From: an uncultured Chloroflexia bacterium
Lineage (GTDB): Bacteria > Chloroflexota > Anaerolineae > B4-G1 > SLSP01
DNA length: 64,000 nt
Assembly: GCA_963751345.1 (NCBI GenBank)
Contig: CAVVUS010000019.1
Coordinates: forward strand, 64,001-128,000
Direction: 5' to 3'
Shown one piece after another: positions 33,136 through 43,789 of the stretch. A model generated the notes under the pieces. The model made no database searches, was not told the DNA's origin, and saw only the letters and a list, made by a program, of their open reading frames with translations. The translations under genes and the position numbers were made by a program. Numbering within the stretch: position 1 is the first letter of the stretch; each line of letters begins with the position of its first letter.

Positions 33136-33439
33136 ATGGATCACGTCGATGCAGTGCTGCGACCCTACCGCGAGGGCGACCTACCGCGGCTGCAGGATAT
33201 CGCCGTGGCGGCCTGGGAGCCCGTGTTTGCGTCCTTTCGCTCTAAACCGCCGTCCTCGACGAAATGCGCGTCGCGGGGTTGCGTTGCGTCCAGGTGAGTA
33301 CCGGCGGCGACGATTCGCACGCCCCGCCCGCCGAGCCTACGAGAAGGCCGGCTTCCGTCCGGGCGTGCCGAGCCTGACGCTTTACCGGGAGCTGACGAAC
33401 AACGATCCTGCACCCACGCCGGGGCAGGTCGACGATTGA
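33136..33439 (+). pseudogene. GNAT acetyltransferase remnant with an internal deletion
   Basis: The N-terminus LRPYREGDLPRLQDIAVAAWEPVFASFR joins almost directly to the C-terminal ...STGGDDSHAPARRAYEKAGF. The central acetyl-CoA motif A is missing. Confidence 0.65.
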
Positions 33440-33529
33440 GCGCGATATGCCAACGTGAAAACGTCGCAACGTACGGGCGTGTAACCAACAACCTATGACC
33501 GTGAGCTGAAGACTGGAGTGAGGTGAGCC

Positions 33530-34228
33530 ATGCAAATCATCCCTGACGTGTTTCAAGTCAACGGTGCCGTCTACGGGCAGCACCAGAACGGCTACGTCGT
33601 CCGGCTGGGCGACACCTACGTGATGGTCGACTCGGGCGACCTGGAGCACCCCACGCTGGACCTCGTGCTGGCCAACTGTGCCAGGTGGGGCATCGGTGTG
33701 GAGGATCTCTCCTATCTCCTCGTCACCCACGCCCACTTCGACCACGCCAGCCACGCGGCGGCGCTCCAGCGCCAGGGCGTCAAGATCGTGTCAAATGCCG
33801 CGGGCGCCGAGGCTATGGCTGCAGGCGACGATCGCTGCGTGGGGTACGCGGTGAACGGCGTCTTCGATCCCTGCGAGGTCGACCTGGTGGTCGCCGACGG
33901 CGAGGAGCTGATCATCGGGGGGAGGAAGGTCCGCTGTTTGGAGGCCCCCGGCCACGCGTCGAGCTGCGTCGTCTACGAGATCGAGCTGCGTGGCGAGTGG
34001 CTCTGGTTTGTGGGCGACGTGATCCTCACCGGGCCCGAGGGCGAGTCGGTGGCGTTGGGCTGGCAGGGCGGTCCGGACTATGACCGCGCGACGTACGTCG
34101 AGAGCCTGCGCCGCCTCGCGCACCTAGCGTGTGACCATCTCTTCCCCGGGCATGGGCCCGCCTCCATCGGCGACGGTAAACGCCTCGTCTCGATGGCTTA
34201 CACGGAGGCGATGCTGACGCTGAGGTAG
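33530..34228 (+). CDS. MBL-fold metallo-hydrolase
   Basis: THAHFDH, PGH, GD, PGHG motifs. Confidence 0.88.
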   Translation: MQIIPDVFQVNGAVYGQHQNGYVVRLGDTYVMVDSGDLEHPTLDLVLANCARWGIGVEDLSYLLVTHAHFDHASHAAALQRQGVKIVSNAAGAEAMAAGDDRCVGYAVNGVFDPCEVDLVVADGEELIIGGRKVRCLEAPGHASSCVVYEIELRGEWLWFVGDVILTGPEGESVALGWQGGPDYDRATYVESLRRLAHLACDHLFPGHGPASIGDGKRLVSMAYTEAMLTLR

Positions 34229-34283
34229 ACCGCTCGCCCGTGAGGGCCTGTGGTCTATCGTGCATCAAAGATAGGTCATCACT

Positions 34284-34766
34284 ATGAGGATTTCAACAGA
34301 TAGACGTCGCAACCTCGGCGTGATCGCGGGTGCGGTGATCCTGCTGGTGGCGCTCGTGGTGCCGGCGGTGCTGCCCTGGCTCACGGACGGCCTCGCCGAG
34401 ATCCCGGACTTCTACGTCACGTCGGTGCCCGAGGACGTGCGCGGCGCCTACGCGATCACGGACCGTGGCGTGATGCAGCTCTTCGGATGGACCATGATCA
34501 TGCAAAGCGCGCCGGATGAAGCTCCTACGTTCGCCGTCGATGAGCTTCAGGGCCTCGCGGTGGTCATTGCGAACGTGGGCACGGCGGACGCCTACCCTCT
34601 CATCAGCCTGGCCACAGGCGAGCGCATCGCCTGGCAGAGCGCCGTCCAGGACGGGCAGCGTCTGATGCTGGACCCGGGCCCGCTTGCCGCGGGCGATTAC
34701 CTGCTCGAGGTGTCGACCGGCAGCCTGTTCGGTGCCGCAACCTATCACTATTTCCACCTGCGCTGA
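34284..34766 (+). CDS. Hypothetical protein with N-terminal TM anchor
   Basis: 160-aa ORF with a hydrophobic N-terminal segment and typical codon usage. Confidence 0.6.
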   Translation: MRISTDRRRNLGVIAGAVILLVALVVPAVLPWLTDGLAEIPDFYVTSVPEDVRGAYAITDRGVMQLFGWTMIMQSAPDEAPTFAVDELQGLAVVIANVGTADAYPLISLATGERIAWQSAVQDGQRLMLDPGPLAAGDYLLEVSTGSLFGAATYHYFHLR

Positions 34767-34779
34767 TCGCGCTCGGGCG

Positions 34780-35044
34780 CCGGGGCTGCTCGCTACGTCC
34801 GGGCGGCGGATCACAGATCCGCCTGGAACGAAGCCTGAGCCGGGGCTGTTTGCTTCGTCCGTCAGGCGGATCACAGATCCGCCTGGAACGAGACCTGAGG
34901 CGGAACGAAGGCTGAGCCGGGGCTGCTCGCTACGTCTGGGCGGCGGATCACAGATCCGCCTGGAACGAGACTGAGCGGAACGAGATCTGAGGGGAACGAA
35001 GGCTGAGCCGGAACTAGAGCTGAGCCGGAACGAAGGCTGAGCGG
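34780..35044. repeat. Three ~60-77-bp tandem units with hairpin GGCGGATC-ACA-GATCCGCC plus short GGAACGAAGGCTGAGC repeats
   Basis: Seen directly at ~34806, ~34865 and ~34943. Confidence 0.75.
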
Positions 35045-35125
35045 TGACCTCAATCACCTTGCCATTTGCCGATTCCGGCGTCTGCGTTACAGTTGAGGCA
35101 TATTGTCGACAAGTGAGGGACAAGC

Positions 35126-37279
35126 ATGACAACGCAGACACCGACGGTACAACAACGCATTGAGGCACTGACAAAGACGAAGATCGAGAACACGCTGGCG
35201 AAGACGGAGCGCGACGGGTTCCACGACGTGGACGACCACGGGATGATCTATTGGCCCGAGCCCATCGAGTTCGAGCGGACCTCCAATCATCCGTCGGGTG
35301 GGTGCTACGGACCACGCTGCATCGGCGAGAACTTCCGGGCGTTTCTGGCGGCGCACCCCGTTTACATTCACCCGATGAGCTCGCTGGCCGGGGCGTGGGC
35401 GGCGTTCGTACACGGCATCGGGGGGTGGCGGCCCGAGGACCGGCCCACACACCTGTATGAGCTCCACAAGCTGTACGACCTGCAGAAGAACGGCATCGGC
35501 GCGATGAACCACCTTGGGCCGGATATGCGCATCGGGCTTGAACTGGGGTGGGGCGGTATTCTGGAGAAGATCCGCTACTGGCGCACGTTCAACCAGCCCG
35601 AGGACACGGGTTTCTACGACGGCGAGGAGGCCCTGGTCCTCGGCATCCAGGACTGGATCCGGCGCCACATCGCCTATGCTCGCGAGACAGCGGAGGCGAC
35701 GGACGACGCATTTGTCCGCCAGAACATGCTCGACATCGCCGAGATGAACGAGTGGTTGGTCGACAACCCCCCGCGGACGCTGCGCGAGGCCTGCCAGTTC
35801 CTGGCCTGGTTCCAATCGGTCGATCGGATGTGGCGCGCCGGCGGCGCGCTGAGCCAGCTTGACGAGCTGCTGCGTCCCTACTACGAGGCCGACCAGGCCG
35901 CGGGCATCGGGAACGACGAGGCCGTCATCTGGCACCTCGCCAGCCTTTTCTACAACGACACCCACTACTCGCAGGTCGGCGGCCAGGCGCCCAACGGCCG
36001 GGATCTGACGAGCCCCATGTCGTTCCTAATCCTGGAGGCAGCGCACCGGCTGGCGATTCCCTACAACCTCGCGGTGCGCGTCCACGAGGGAATGGATATG
36101 CGGCTGCTCCACCGGGCGCTCGAATTCCATCTGGCCGACGGAACGGGACCGAGCTTCTCCTGTTCCGGCGGGCTGGACGCGGGTTACGCCAAGAGCGGGG
36201 TGCCGATCGAGCTCGCGCGGATGCGGGCGAAGGTGGGCTGCAACTGGACCGCGCTGCCGGGTATCGAGTATCCGCTCCAGGACATCACGCGGCAAAGCCT
36301 TATCAAGCCCTTCCTGCTCGCCTTCCGGGAGACGGTGGACGACGAGCCTGAGGCGCGGTCGATGGAGGCGCTGTGGGAGCGCTACGTCCACCATCTGCGG
36401 ATCTCGTGCGACACGATGAAGCAGGGCTTCGACTGGCACATGACCTACCAGGGGCGCAACTCGGTCGAGATCGTGCTCAACCTCTTCTGTCACGGCCCGA
36501 TCGAGCGCGGCCTCGACGTCGTCGAGGGTGGGGTCGACATCTACCGGCTGACTGCGGATGGCGTGGGGCTGGCCACGGTGGCGGACTCGTTCGCGGCGAT
36601 CGAGCAGCGGGTTGTGAACGAGGGCCGGCTGACCTGGGAGGGCCTCAAGGAAGTGCTCGACGCGGACTTCGAGGACGCCGAGAACATCCGGCTGATGCTC
36701 AAGAACATCGCGCGCTTCGGCTCCGGCCACTCGCGGGCCGATTTCTGGGCAAAGCGCATCTCGCAGGCCTTTGTCGCGTGCTACGACGCGCCCACAGCCA
36801 AGGGCTACAGGATCCTGCCGGGGCTCTTCTCGCACGGCGACGTCGTCGATCTGGGCAAGATCGTGCCCGCGACGCCCAACGGGCGCCACGCAGGCGCGCC
36901 GATCTCGCACAGCTCCGAGCCCGACCCCGGCTTCTCGCGCATCGGTGCCGCGGCGCCCACGGCAAAGGCCGTCGCCGTGGCGACGGTACAGCCGGGCCGC
37001 GGGAACTCGGCCCCGCTGCAGCTCGACATCGACCGCAAGCTGATGAAGGACGCGGGCGGGATCGAGAACGTCGCGGCCATCATCATGACGCACAACCAGC
37101 AGGGTGGCACGCTGATCAACCTCAACATCATCTCGAAGGAGCAGATCCTGGAGGCGCACAAGGACCCGAGCAAGTTCCCGGACCTGGTGGTGCGGGTGAC
37201 GGGCTACAGCGCGTTCTTCCACACGCTCTCGCCGGAGTACCGGCAGCAGGTCGTGGACCGGATCCTGTCGGAGGATTAG
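35126..37279 (+). CDS. Glycyl radical enzyme (pyruvate formate-lyase family, unknown substrate)
   Basis: C-terminal glycyl loop LVVRVTGYSAFF, ATPNGRHAGAPIS, Cys loop KVGCNW. Confidence 0.85.
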   Translation: MTTQTPTVQQRIEALTKTKIENTLAKTERDGFHDVDDHGMIYWPEPIEFERTSNHPSGGCYGPRCIGENFRAFLAAHPVYIHPMSSLAGAWAAFVHGIGGWRPEDRPTHLYELHKLYDLQKNGIGAMNHLGPDMRIGLELGWGGILEKIRYWRTFNQPEDTGFYDGEEALVLGIQDWIRRHIAYARETAEATDDAFVRQNMLDIAEMNEWLVDNPPRTLREACQFLAWFQSVDRMWRAGGALSQLDELLRPYYEADQAAGIGNDEAVIWHLASLFYNDTHYSQVGGQAPNGRDLTSPMSFLILEAAHRLAIPYNLAVRVHEGMDMRLLHRALEFHLADGTGPSFSCSGGLDAGYAKSGVPIELARMRAKVGCNWTALPGIEYPLQDITRQSLIKPFLLAFRETVDDEPEARSMEALWERYVHHLRISCDTMKQGFDWHMTYQGRNSVEIVLNLFCHGPIERGLDVVEGGVDIYRLTADGVGLATVADSFAAIEQRVVNEGRLTWEGLKEVLDADFEDAENIRLMLKNIARFGSGHSRADFWAKRISQAFVACYDAPTAKGYRILPGLFSHGDVVDLGKIVPATPNGRHAGAPISHSSEPDPGFSRIGAAAPTAKAVAVATVQPGRGNSAPLQLDIDRKLMKDAGGIENVAAIIMTHNQQGGTLINLNIISKEQILEAHKDPSKFPDLVVRVTGYSAFFHTLSPEYRQQVVDRILSED

Positions 37280-37409
37280 CGGCGGTCCTCCCGCCCCGCG
37301 GACATGCGATTGGACCAATCTTCCGGGATTGGTCCAATCTTTCTCGCCTCGGGTAGGTGGCGCTAGTCTGCCCGCGCTGAGCGGGTGCTGTCCTCGGCAG
37401 CGGACCTCA

Positions 37410-38032
37410 CTCGCCCGCGCAGGGCCCCCGGATGGCCTTCCGCGTCCCGGGTAGACCTTTGAGGTTTTGCTTGTATTGAAGGCATCACCACGAGAAGGAA
37501 AACCTCAAAGGTCTCTCGCTCGCGCAGGGCTCCCGGATGGCCTTCCGCGTCCCGGGCAGGCCTTTGAGGTTTTGCTTGTTTTGAAGGCATCACCACGAGA
37601 AGGAAAACCTCAACGGTCTCTCGCTCGCGCAGGGCTCCCGGATGGCCTTCCGCGTCCCGGGTAGACCTTTGAGGTTTTGCTTGTTTTGAAGGCATCACCA
37701 CGAGAAGGAAAACCTCAAAGGTCTCTCGCCCGCGCAGGGCCCCCGGATGGCCTTCCGCGTCCCGGGTAGACCTTTGAGGTTTTGCTTTTTTAAGGCATCA
37801 CCACGAGAAGGAAAACCTCAAAGGTCTCTCGCTCGCGCAGGGCCCCCGGATGGCCTTCCGCGTCCCGGGTAGACCTTTGAGGTTTTGCTTGTTTTGAAGG
37901 CATCACCACGAGAAGGAACCTCAAAGGTCTCTCGCTCGCGCGCCCCCGGATGGCCTTCCGCGTCCTGGGTAGACCTTTGAGGTTTTGCTTGTTTTGAAGG
38001 CTTCTACACGAGAAGGAAAACCTCAAAGGTCT
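37410..38032. repeat. Tandem array of six ~105-bp units, each containing a 16-bp inverted repeat (REP-doublet/BIME-like)
   Basis: Units start at 37410, 37515, 37620, 37725, 37828 and 37931. The consensus has AGACCTTTGAGGTTTT-N30-AAAACCTCAAAGGTCT, with minor variants in some units. Confidence 0.9.
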
Positions 38033-38246
38033 CTCTCTCGCACACGCGGCGAGGATGGCTGGACGAGCGTCCGGGGAGGGGGGAGGGCCCGCGGTCCATC
38101 ATCGCGAGCAGCCCGTCCCAATCCTGAAAGCACCCACCCACAAGGGGTGCTCCTACAGATGACGATCGTAGCGTAGTGGGCAGGGCTTGTCCTAGCCCTC
38201 TGGGCCTACTCGACCGAATAACTCAGGGCGTCCCTGCGTTGTATCC

Positions 38247-39527
38247 ATGACAACTCAATCCGGAGGTCTATCCATGCCGTTGCTGTCCGTGTTCCTTGCC
38301 CCCGACGCCCACCAGGTGGGCGCGATCCGTGTGAAAACCGTGCTTCTCATTCTCGTTGCGGGCCCGCTGCTGCTGCTGGTGCTCGCCGTCGCGGCCTCAG
38401 CCCTCAGTAACATCGGCCTGCCCACGCGCTCGAGCGTGCTCGACCACCTCGCCGACGTGGAGAAGGCCCGGGTGGCTGAGTACCTCAACCTGGTCGCCGG
38501 CGTGGGTAGCGACGTCTGGCCCGGCAGCGCCGACCGGCCGGGGTGGGGTGATGTGACCATCCCGGTGATCGTGCACAACGAGGCCTATGCCTTCCTGCTG
38601 GGCTATCCCGGCACGCCGCCCGAGGGATGGGTGATGATGCCGAGGAGAGAACAGCGGGGTGGGGCATGGGAGCCTGTGCCGGACGACGCGTTCATGGGAC
38701 AGGTCTACTATCGCCAGCCGCTGCCCGCAACGGGTGAGACACCCGAGAACTTCGCCGTGCTGGTCGGAGATCGATGGGTGGCAACGCTCTACACCAAGGA
38801 ATACGCGAAGGTTGAGTTCTTTCAAGGCTTCCGGCACGACCTGCCGCCCTTCCTGCAACCGATCTTTCCGTATCGACTGGCCTGGGCGCTGCTGATGGGG
38901 TCGACCGAGAACTACGTGGGTGGGCTGGCGCACGAGGCCTTTCATGCCTATCAGGGCACCGTAGCACCCGAGCGGCTGGCTGCGGCAGAGCGCGCCAATG
39001 CCGCCGAGGCCGGGTATCCGTGGGATGCGTCGCAGGATGCGTGGAGCGCTGAGCTTTCGGCGCTCTACGACGCGGCAAAGGCAGCCGCCGATCCGGGCAC
39101 GTCCGAGGACGAGGTCGCGGCGCCGGCGCGCACGTTCCTGGATCTGCGTGCGGAGCGTCGCGCGGGGCTTGGCTCAGACCTGGTCGCCTACGAGCAGCAA
39201 CGTGAGTGGTTGGAGGGGCTGGCGAAGTACGCGGAACTATCGATCGGCCTGGCGGCGCAGCACGCCGTCAGCGCCGGAACGTACGTGCCGCTGCCCGCGC
39301 TGGCGGATGACCCCGAGTACAAGGGCTACCGCACGCGCGAGCGATACTGGACCGGACAGCTAGGCGAGGTCCAGCGGACAGGCGGACGGAGTGGAGAGAC
39401 CCGCTTCTACTACGCGGGCTTCGCGCAGGGCGTGATTCTGGACCGGCTGATGCCGGAGTGGAAGGCCCGCGCGATGGACGACGGCGTGTGGCTGGAGGCG
39501 CTGGTGGCGGAGGCGGTGACAGAGTGA
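38247..39527 (+). CDS. Membrane-anchored putative zinc metallopeptidase
   Basis: N-terminal TM helix; gluzincin-like HEAFH ... EGLAKYAE. Confidence 0.6.
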   Translation: MTTQSGGLSMPLLSVFLAPDAHQVGAIRVKTVLLILVAGPLLLLVLAVAASALSNIGLPTRSSVLDHLADVEKARVAEYLNLVAGVGSDVWPGSADRPGWGDVTIPVIVHNEAYAFLLGYPGTPPEGWVMMPRREQRGGAWEPVPDDAFMGQVYYRQPLPATGETPENFAVLVGDRWVATLYTKEYAKVEFFQGFRHDLPPFLQPIFPYRLAWALLMGSTENYVGGLAHEAFHAYQGTVAPERLAAAERANAAEAGYPWDASQDAWSAELSALYDAAKAAADPGTSEDEVAAPARTFLDLRAERRAGLGSDLVAYEQQREWLEGLAKYAELSIGLAAQHAVSAGTYVPLPALADDPEYKGYRTRERYWTGQLGEVQRTGGRSGETRFYYAGFAQGVILDRLMPEWKARAMDDGVWLEALVAEAVTE

Positions 39528-39609
39528 GGCGGATCCCGGATGCCGGATGCCGGATGCCGGAAGCCGGTTGCCTCAGGCCAGGAACCCAAGACCTGAAGCC
39601 GGCTGACGA

Positions 39610-39690
39610 GTTCAGGTTCGTAGTAACCGATTCATCGGTTCGGGAGAAGGAGCTGAACGGAACGACTGAAGTCGCACCTACGAACCTGGG
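39610..39690. repeat. GTTCGTAGTAAC / CTGAAGTCG..CTACGAAC REP-like doublet
   Basis: Inverted pair between convergent genes. Related copies at ~6505-6530 and 45345-45460. Confidence 0.6.
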
Positions 39691-39705
39691 ATGCGTACGA
39701 GACGA

Positions 39706-40230
39706 TTACTCGACCAGGCTCACGGACCTTACATCGCCGGGTTTGGTAAGGCCGCCCCCGGTCCACCCCAGCGCGCTCGTGCAGGCTGCGGGAGGATTGC
39801 CGTCGTCATCACACGGGATGCGCGTGAGCAGCACTTTGTGACGGCCGTGGCCCAGCACGAGGTAGTAAGGGCCGGGGATCGTGTCGATCTCGTAGACCTC
39901 CAGGCAGGCGACGCCGGTCGAGGGGAGGGCTAAAGGGGCCCCAGTCATCCTGGCAGGGCAGAAACATCGCGATTTCCAGTCCTCATCGTAGAGGACGCAG
40001 CAGTTCCACGTCTCACAGTTTGCGGCGCCGACTTCCTGGAGGAGGATCCAGTCGCCGCATTGGGGGTCTTGGGGCCAGTTGAGGGTGTTGTGGGCCATGG
40101 GTCAGACGTGGCCCGCGCCCTGAGTCACGCCGCAGACGGCGGCGCCATCGGCGGGGTCGCCAAAGCCGAGTTCGTGGGCGAAGGCGAGAGCGCCACGACG
40201 ATGAGGACCAGGCCACGCGTGGGGATGCTC
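39706..40230 (-). pseudogene. Decayed TadG-like cassette
   Basis: RGLVLIVVAL fused to FAHELGF..AVCGVTQGAGHV*PMA, with TGA where paralogs have W. The C-terminus PPAACTSALGWTGGGLTKPGDVRSVSLVE matches PPPECFTAPGWTTGDPANPGDVKAVSLIE of 42486..43732. Confidence 0.7.
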
Positions 40231-40361
40231 TGATTCGCAAAAGCACTGGAAGGCGACGCAGGTCGGTGGTGGCGGATAGCCTCTTCACCGATGCAGCACA
40301 CGCGCGGCGATCGCGTGTGGGCCTATCCGACGGCATCTAGTAGGGCATCGAGCCTCGCCGG

Positions 40362-41562
40362 TTACTCCGACAGCTGCACTACGATCGGTTCCTCAGGATC
40401 ACCGGTACGCCGCTGCCTGGGGTCAAAGCTGTGCACTCATCGTAGCGGTCCATCTCGTTACCGTTCGAGTCCTTTGCGCACATTTTCTGGACGATCACGA
40501 CCTGCGCCTTGTTTTCCTTGCGGTCGTCGGGGTCGGCGCCGCACATTAACCACGCATTGTAGTAGCCAATGACTCTAATACAGCCGAAGCCGGAGATGTG
40601 GTAGTAGTCCACGCCAGGGTTGATGTTCTGGCTGCACTGATACCAGTTGCTCAACGTATCGCCTGCGTTGCACTCGCGATCGAAGAGAAGAAGATTGTGG
40701 ATTTCGTCACATTCATCGTTGATCGGTGTTTGAGGGCGGGCATGTCGCCGGACTCTCCGGCTACACAGTCGCGAACGAAGATTGGACCTGGATGACCATT
40801 CTCGATCCAGCATTCCACGTTCTTCACTCCGCAGTTCTCGTGGCAGAAGCTAGGGTAAGGGTCAAGCGGAATCTGCAGGTCCAACCAACCCCTGCTGTCA
40901 CTGTCAAGGTGCTGAACTTTGTCGATATCCGGCAGTCCGTCGGTGTTCGAGTCAAAGGCTTCCCCCAGGAACGATACGTCGCATTCATTCTGCCCCGGGG
41001 CGCGCTGTAGGTCGACAGCAGGAAAGTCGCAGTTGTCCCAGGAGATCGTCGGGTCGCTGATGTAGGCATAGTACAGCTCCCCGCACGCGATGCACTTTTC
41101 CGGATCCGTACACGTTCGATCATACACGTCCTCACCGACGGCGAGTGGCCATAGCCCCCCGCCGGCCACCGGACCCTCGCAACTAGCCGAGGCCCGCGCC
41201 GATACCTCGACCTCGTCGAAGCCGATGGCCCGCGCGAAGAAGGTTTGTGCCGTTTCTGTTGCAACCACGGTGACAGTCACCGGGGCCGACACCGTCACGA
41301 CAGCTCCGTCCGCGCCATTCAGCTCGACGGCATACTTGTCGGCAGCCTTCGTCACGGTCGTCAACGTCGAAAACTCATTCAGGCACAGCTCCCGGGCGCC
41401 CGCCAGCGCGCCGGCATCAGCAGCGTTCTGCATCTTCCGGCGTTCAGCATAGAGACTTCCCCCGTCAACTGCCAGAGCGACGATCGCGACCAGGACCAAT
41501 AGGGCCAGGGCCACGAGCACCAGCACCTGACCCTTGTGACAAAGTATATCATGCCGTAGCAT
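40362..41562 (-). CDS. tadG: TadG-like pilus protein with Cys-rich variable C-terminus (frameshifted)
   Basis: KGQVLVLVALALLVLVAIVALAVDGG..RRKMQNAADAGALAGA. Ends ...GDPEEPIVVQLSE*. Confidence 0.78.
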
Positions 41563-41599
41563 TATAATCCTCCCTGCGTGCCCAAGTGCACGCCGCCGG

Positions 41600-42101
41600 C
41601 TAAGTCTCAGGCTCCTGCGTACTGCCGAACATGACCATGACATTCTGACTGTGCATCGGTATCGTGTCCAGGCCCACAAGGCCGGTGAAGATGGTCGTGA
41701 TGGTATAGTTGACGGTGACCGTGATCGGCTCACCTGCCACCCTGGTGGTGAGTCCCACTGCGCCGGATCGATCGTAACGGCAGCGATGGCGGGAACCGCG
41801 GGAACGGGATCGCCGGGAGTCGTGCAGTGCCCGATATCCACTCCGCTGTCGGCCGCCTCCTGGTACACCGCACAAGGATGTAACCGTTGATCGTGTCTGT
41901 GTGGTCGTACCGCGCGGCGAAGCGCGCTCCCTCGCGGGCGGCATTGTTGATAACAATGTAGCTGTTGAAGGCACGCCCGAAGTCAGCGACGGCGGCGACC
42001 AAAAGCAGCAGCACCGGCAGAATCAGCGCCATCTCCACGAGGCTCTGGCCACGCCGCCAGCGTCGCGCCGTTACTTTTCCCTTCCTTCGATGCTGTTCCA
42101 T
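41600..42101 (-). CDS. tadE: TadE-like pseudopilin (frameshifted)
   Basis: RGQSLVEMALILPVLLLLV...NAAREGAR. Confidence 0.8.
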
Positions 42102-42114
42102 AGGGCCTCACTTT

Positions 42115-42300
42115 GCCAAAACCCAGGTTCGTCGCCCTGGGTAACGCCACAGACCGCGGTGGCATCAGCCCCGATGTCCACACTGTTGATGCCGACCATG
42201 CCGGCGAAGATGGTCCCGACCGTCTCCCGCGTGGCCACCGTGACGGTGATGTCGTCGGTCACGCTGACCGCAGCAGTGCCGGCTTCGTCAGGGCGCCACC
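42115..42300 (-). pseudogene. Internal TadG fragment
   Basis: VTDDITVTVATRETVGTIFAGMVGINSVDIGADATAVCG aligns to TAPTTVTVVATQTYATYFAGLIGFDEIPVDADATAVCG of the intact TadG. Lacks the prepilin N-terminus. Confidence 0.65.
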
Positions 42301-42485
42301 CTCGACCGGCCAATGCCGGGCTCAAAGCACGCGCCTTCGGCGACCGCGTGGGGCTCGAGGCGCTGGTGGCGGATGCTGGGTGACGAATCCTGATGTATGT
42401 AGCGCTCGTTTCATCGGTTCCGGCGAGTTCAGAACCGCCCGCTGCTCTCCTGAGAGTTCTGGACGCTTCCGAACTCCGAAGTAGG

Positions 42486-43732
42486 CTACTCGATCAAACT
42501 CACGGCTTTGACGTCACCGGGATTCGCAGGATCACCTGTTGTCCATCCGGGTGCGGTGAAACACTCGGGCGGGGGAGTATGATCCGCTGTGCACGGTATG
42601 GTGCCCACTATTACCGGGGCCGGGGCGGTTTTCGTGTCGACAGGAAACGCGCGCAGGTAGCCTGCTGTGATCCATTTGTCCTCGTCTTCGTGGTAGACTC
42701 CGACTTGCAGGCACAAGAGCTCATCAATGTAGTAGGCCTCGTTACCTCCGCTGTGAGAGTCCGTGATCTTGCAGACGTTAAGATCCGGGTCAGTGTCGGA
42801 GTCCCCCTCGGAGATCGTGATGGTCCCGGGTACATTTTTCCCCGAGTAGTCAGGATCGTAGAGTGGTATATGTACGATGCGACCGTCGGTGATCTTCTCG
42901 GCTGCGATCCAGCCTGAGGAAGCTACGCCCGAGCCGACACCCCCCGCATAGCAGTCGGGTAGGCTGAGATAGGGCGTGCACGCTTCGCCGTGAGCCTCGC
43001 CGGCGATCCGGTACTTGATCTCATCGGCGCCGACGCCCGCACTGTCGTTGCCCTCACAGGGGTCGTACTGCAGCAGACCGGCGGTGAAATCGACCATGCG
43101 GCCCGGTCGAGCGGGTACATCTTGGGCACATAGTTGGCGTTGCAGTCCAGGTACTCGAGCACATCATCCTTATTCTTGTCCTTGTACAGCGTGCAGCAGT
43201 CGAGCCCTCCGTCAGTTGGGTTGCCGCAGTTGATCTGGTTTGAGCCTTGCCAGATGATAACCCTGTCCCCACACCCGATCTGGCTCTGGTCAACTGCCTG
43301 CTCCCAGCGATTCTTGTCGAATCCCACAGGCCACAGGTCGCCAACCGCCTCTGACTTTCCGCATACCGCTGTCGCGTCGGCATCGACCGGGATCTCGTCG
43401 AAGCCAATCAGACCCGCGAAGTAGGTGGCATAGGTCTGGGTGGCGACGACGGTCACGGTCGTGGGGGCCGTTACTGTGACAAGAGCGCCTGCGGCACCAT
43501 TCCTGTTGATGGTGTAATCACGGGCCACGCTCTCTGCGTTAGCTTCAGACCCAAAACACATCTCCCGCGCGCCAGCCAGCGCGCCGGCATCAGCCGCGTT
43601 CTGCATCGCTCGTCGCTCCTGGTATACACCACCGACGTCGACGGCCAGAGCGACGAACGCAAGGAGCGCGAGGAGCGCGACGGCTACGACCACCAATACC
43701 TGCCCGTATCGGGGCTCAGTCTCCTGCGTCAC
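42486..43732 (-). CDS. tadG: TadG-like pilus protein with Cys-rich variable C-terminus (frameshift ~43100)
   Basis: YGQVLVVVAVALLALLAFVALAVDVG..RRAMQNAADAGALAGA; continues in ORF 42486..43097. Confidence 0.8.
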
Positions 43733-43789
43733 TGGGTAACTCTCCTTCGTCTCACACTGCGTGCCACAATCCGGTGTGCGAGCCCAACA

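Noticed and set aside
37410-38032. Possible CRISPR array
   Set aside because: The whole 105-bp unit repeats with no unique spacers, and there are no cas genes in the window.
40105-40115. In-frame TGA in the tadG remnant as Trp/Sec recoding
   Set aside because: Other genes use TGA as a normal stop and the same remnant has deletions, so it is simply a nonsense mutation.
39706-43732. Diversity-generating retroelement acting on tadG
   Set aside because: No reverse transcriptase, and no near-identical TR/VR pair differing only at adenines.
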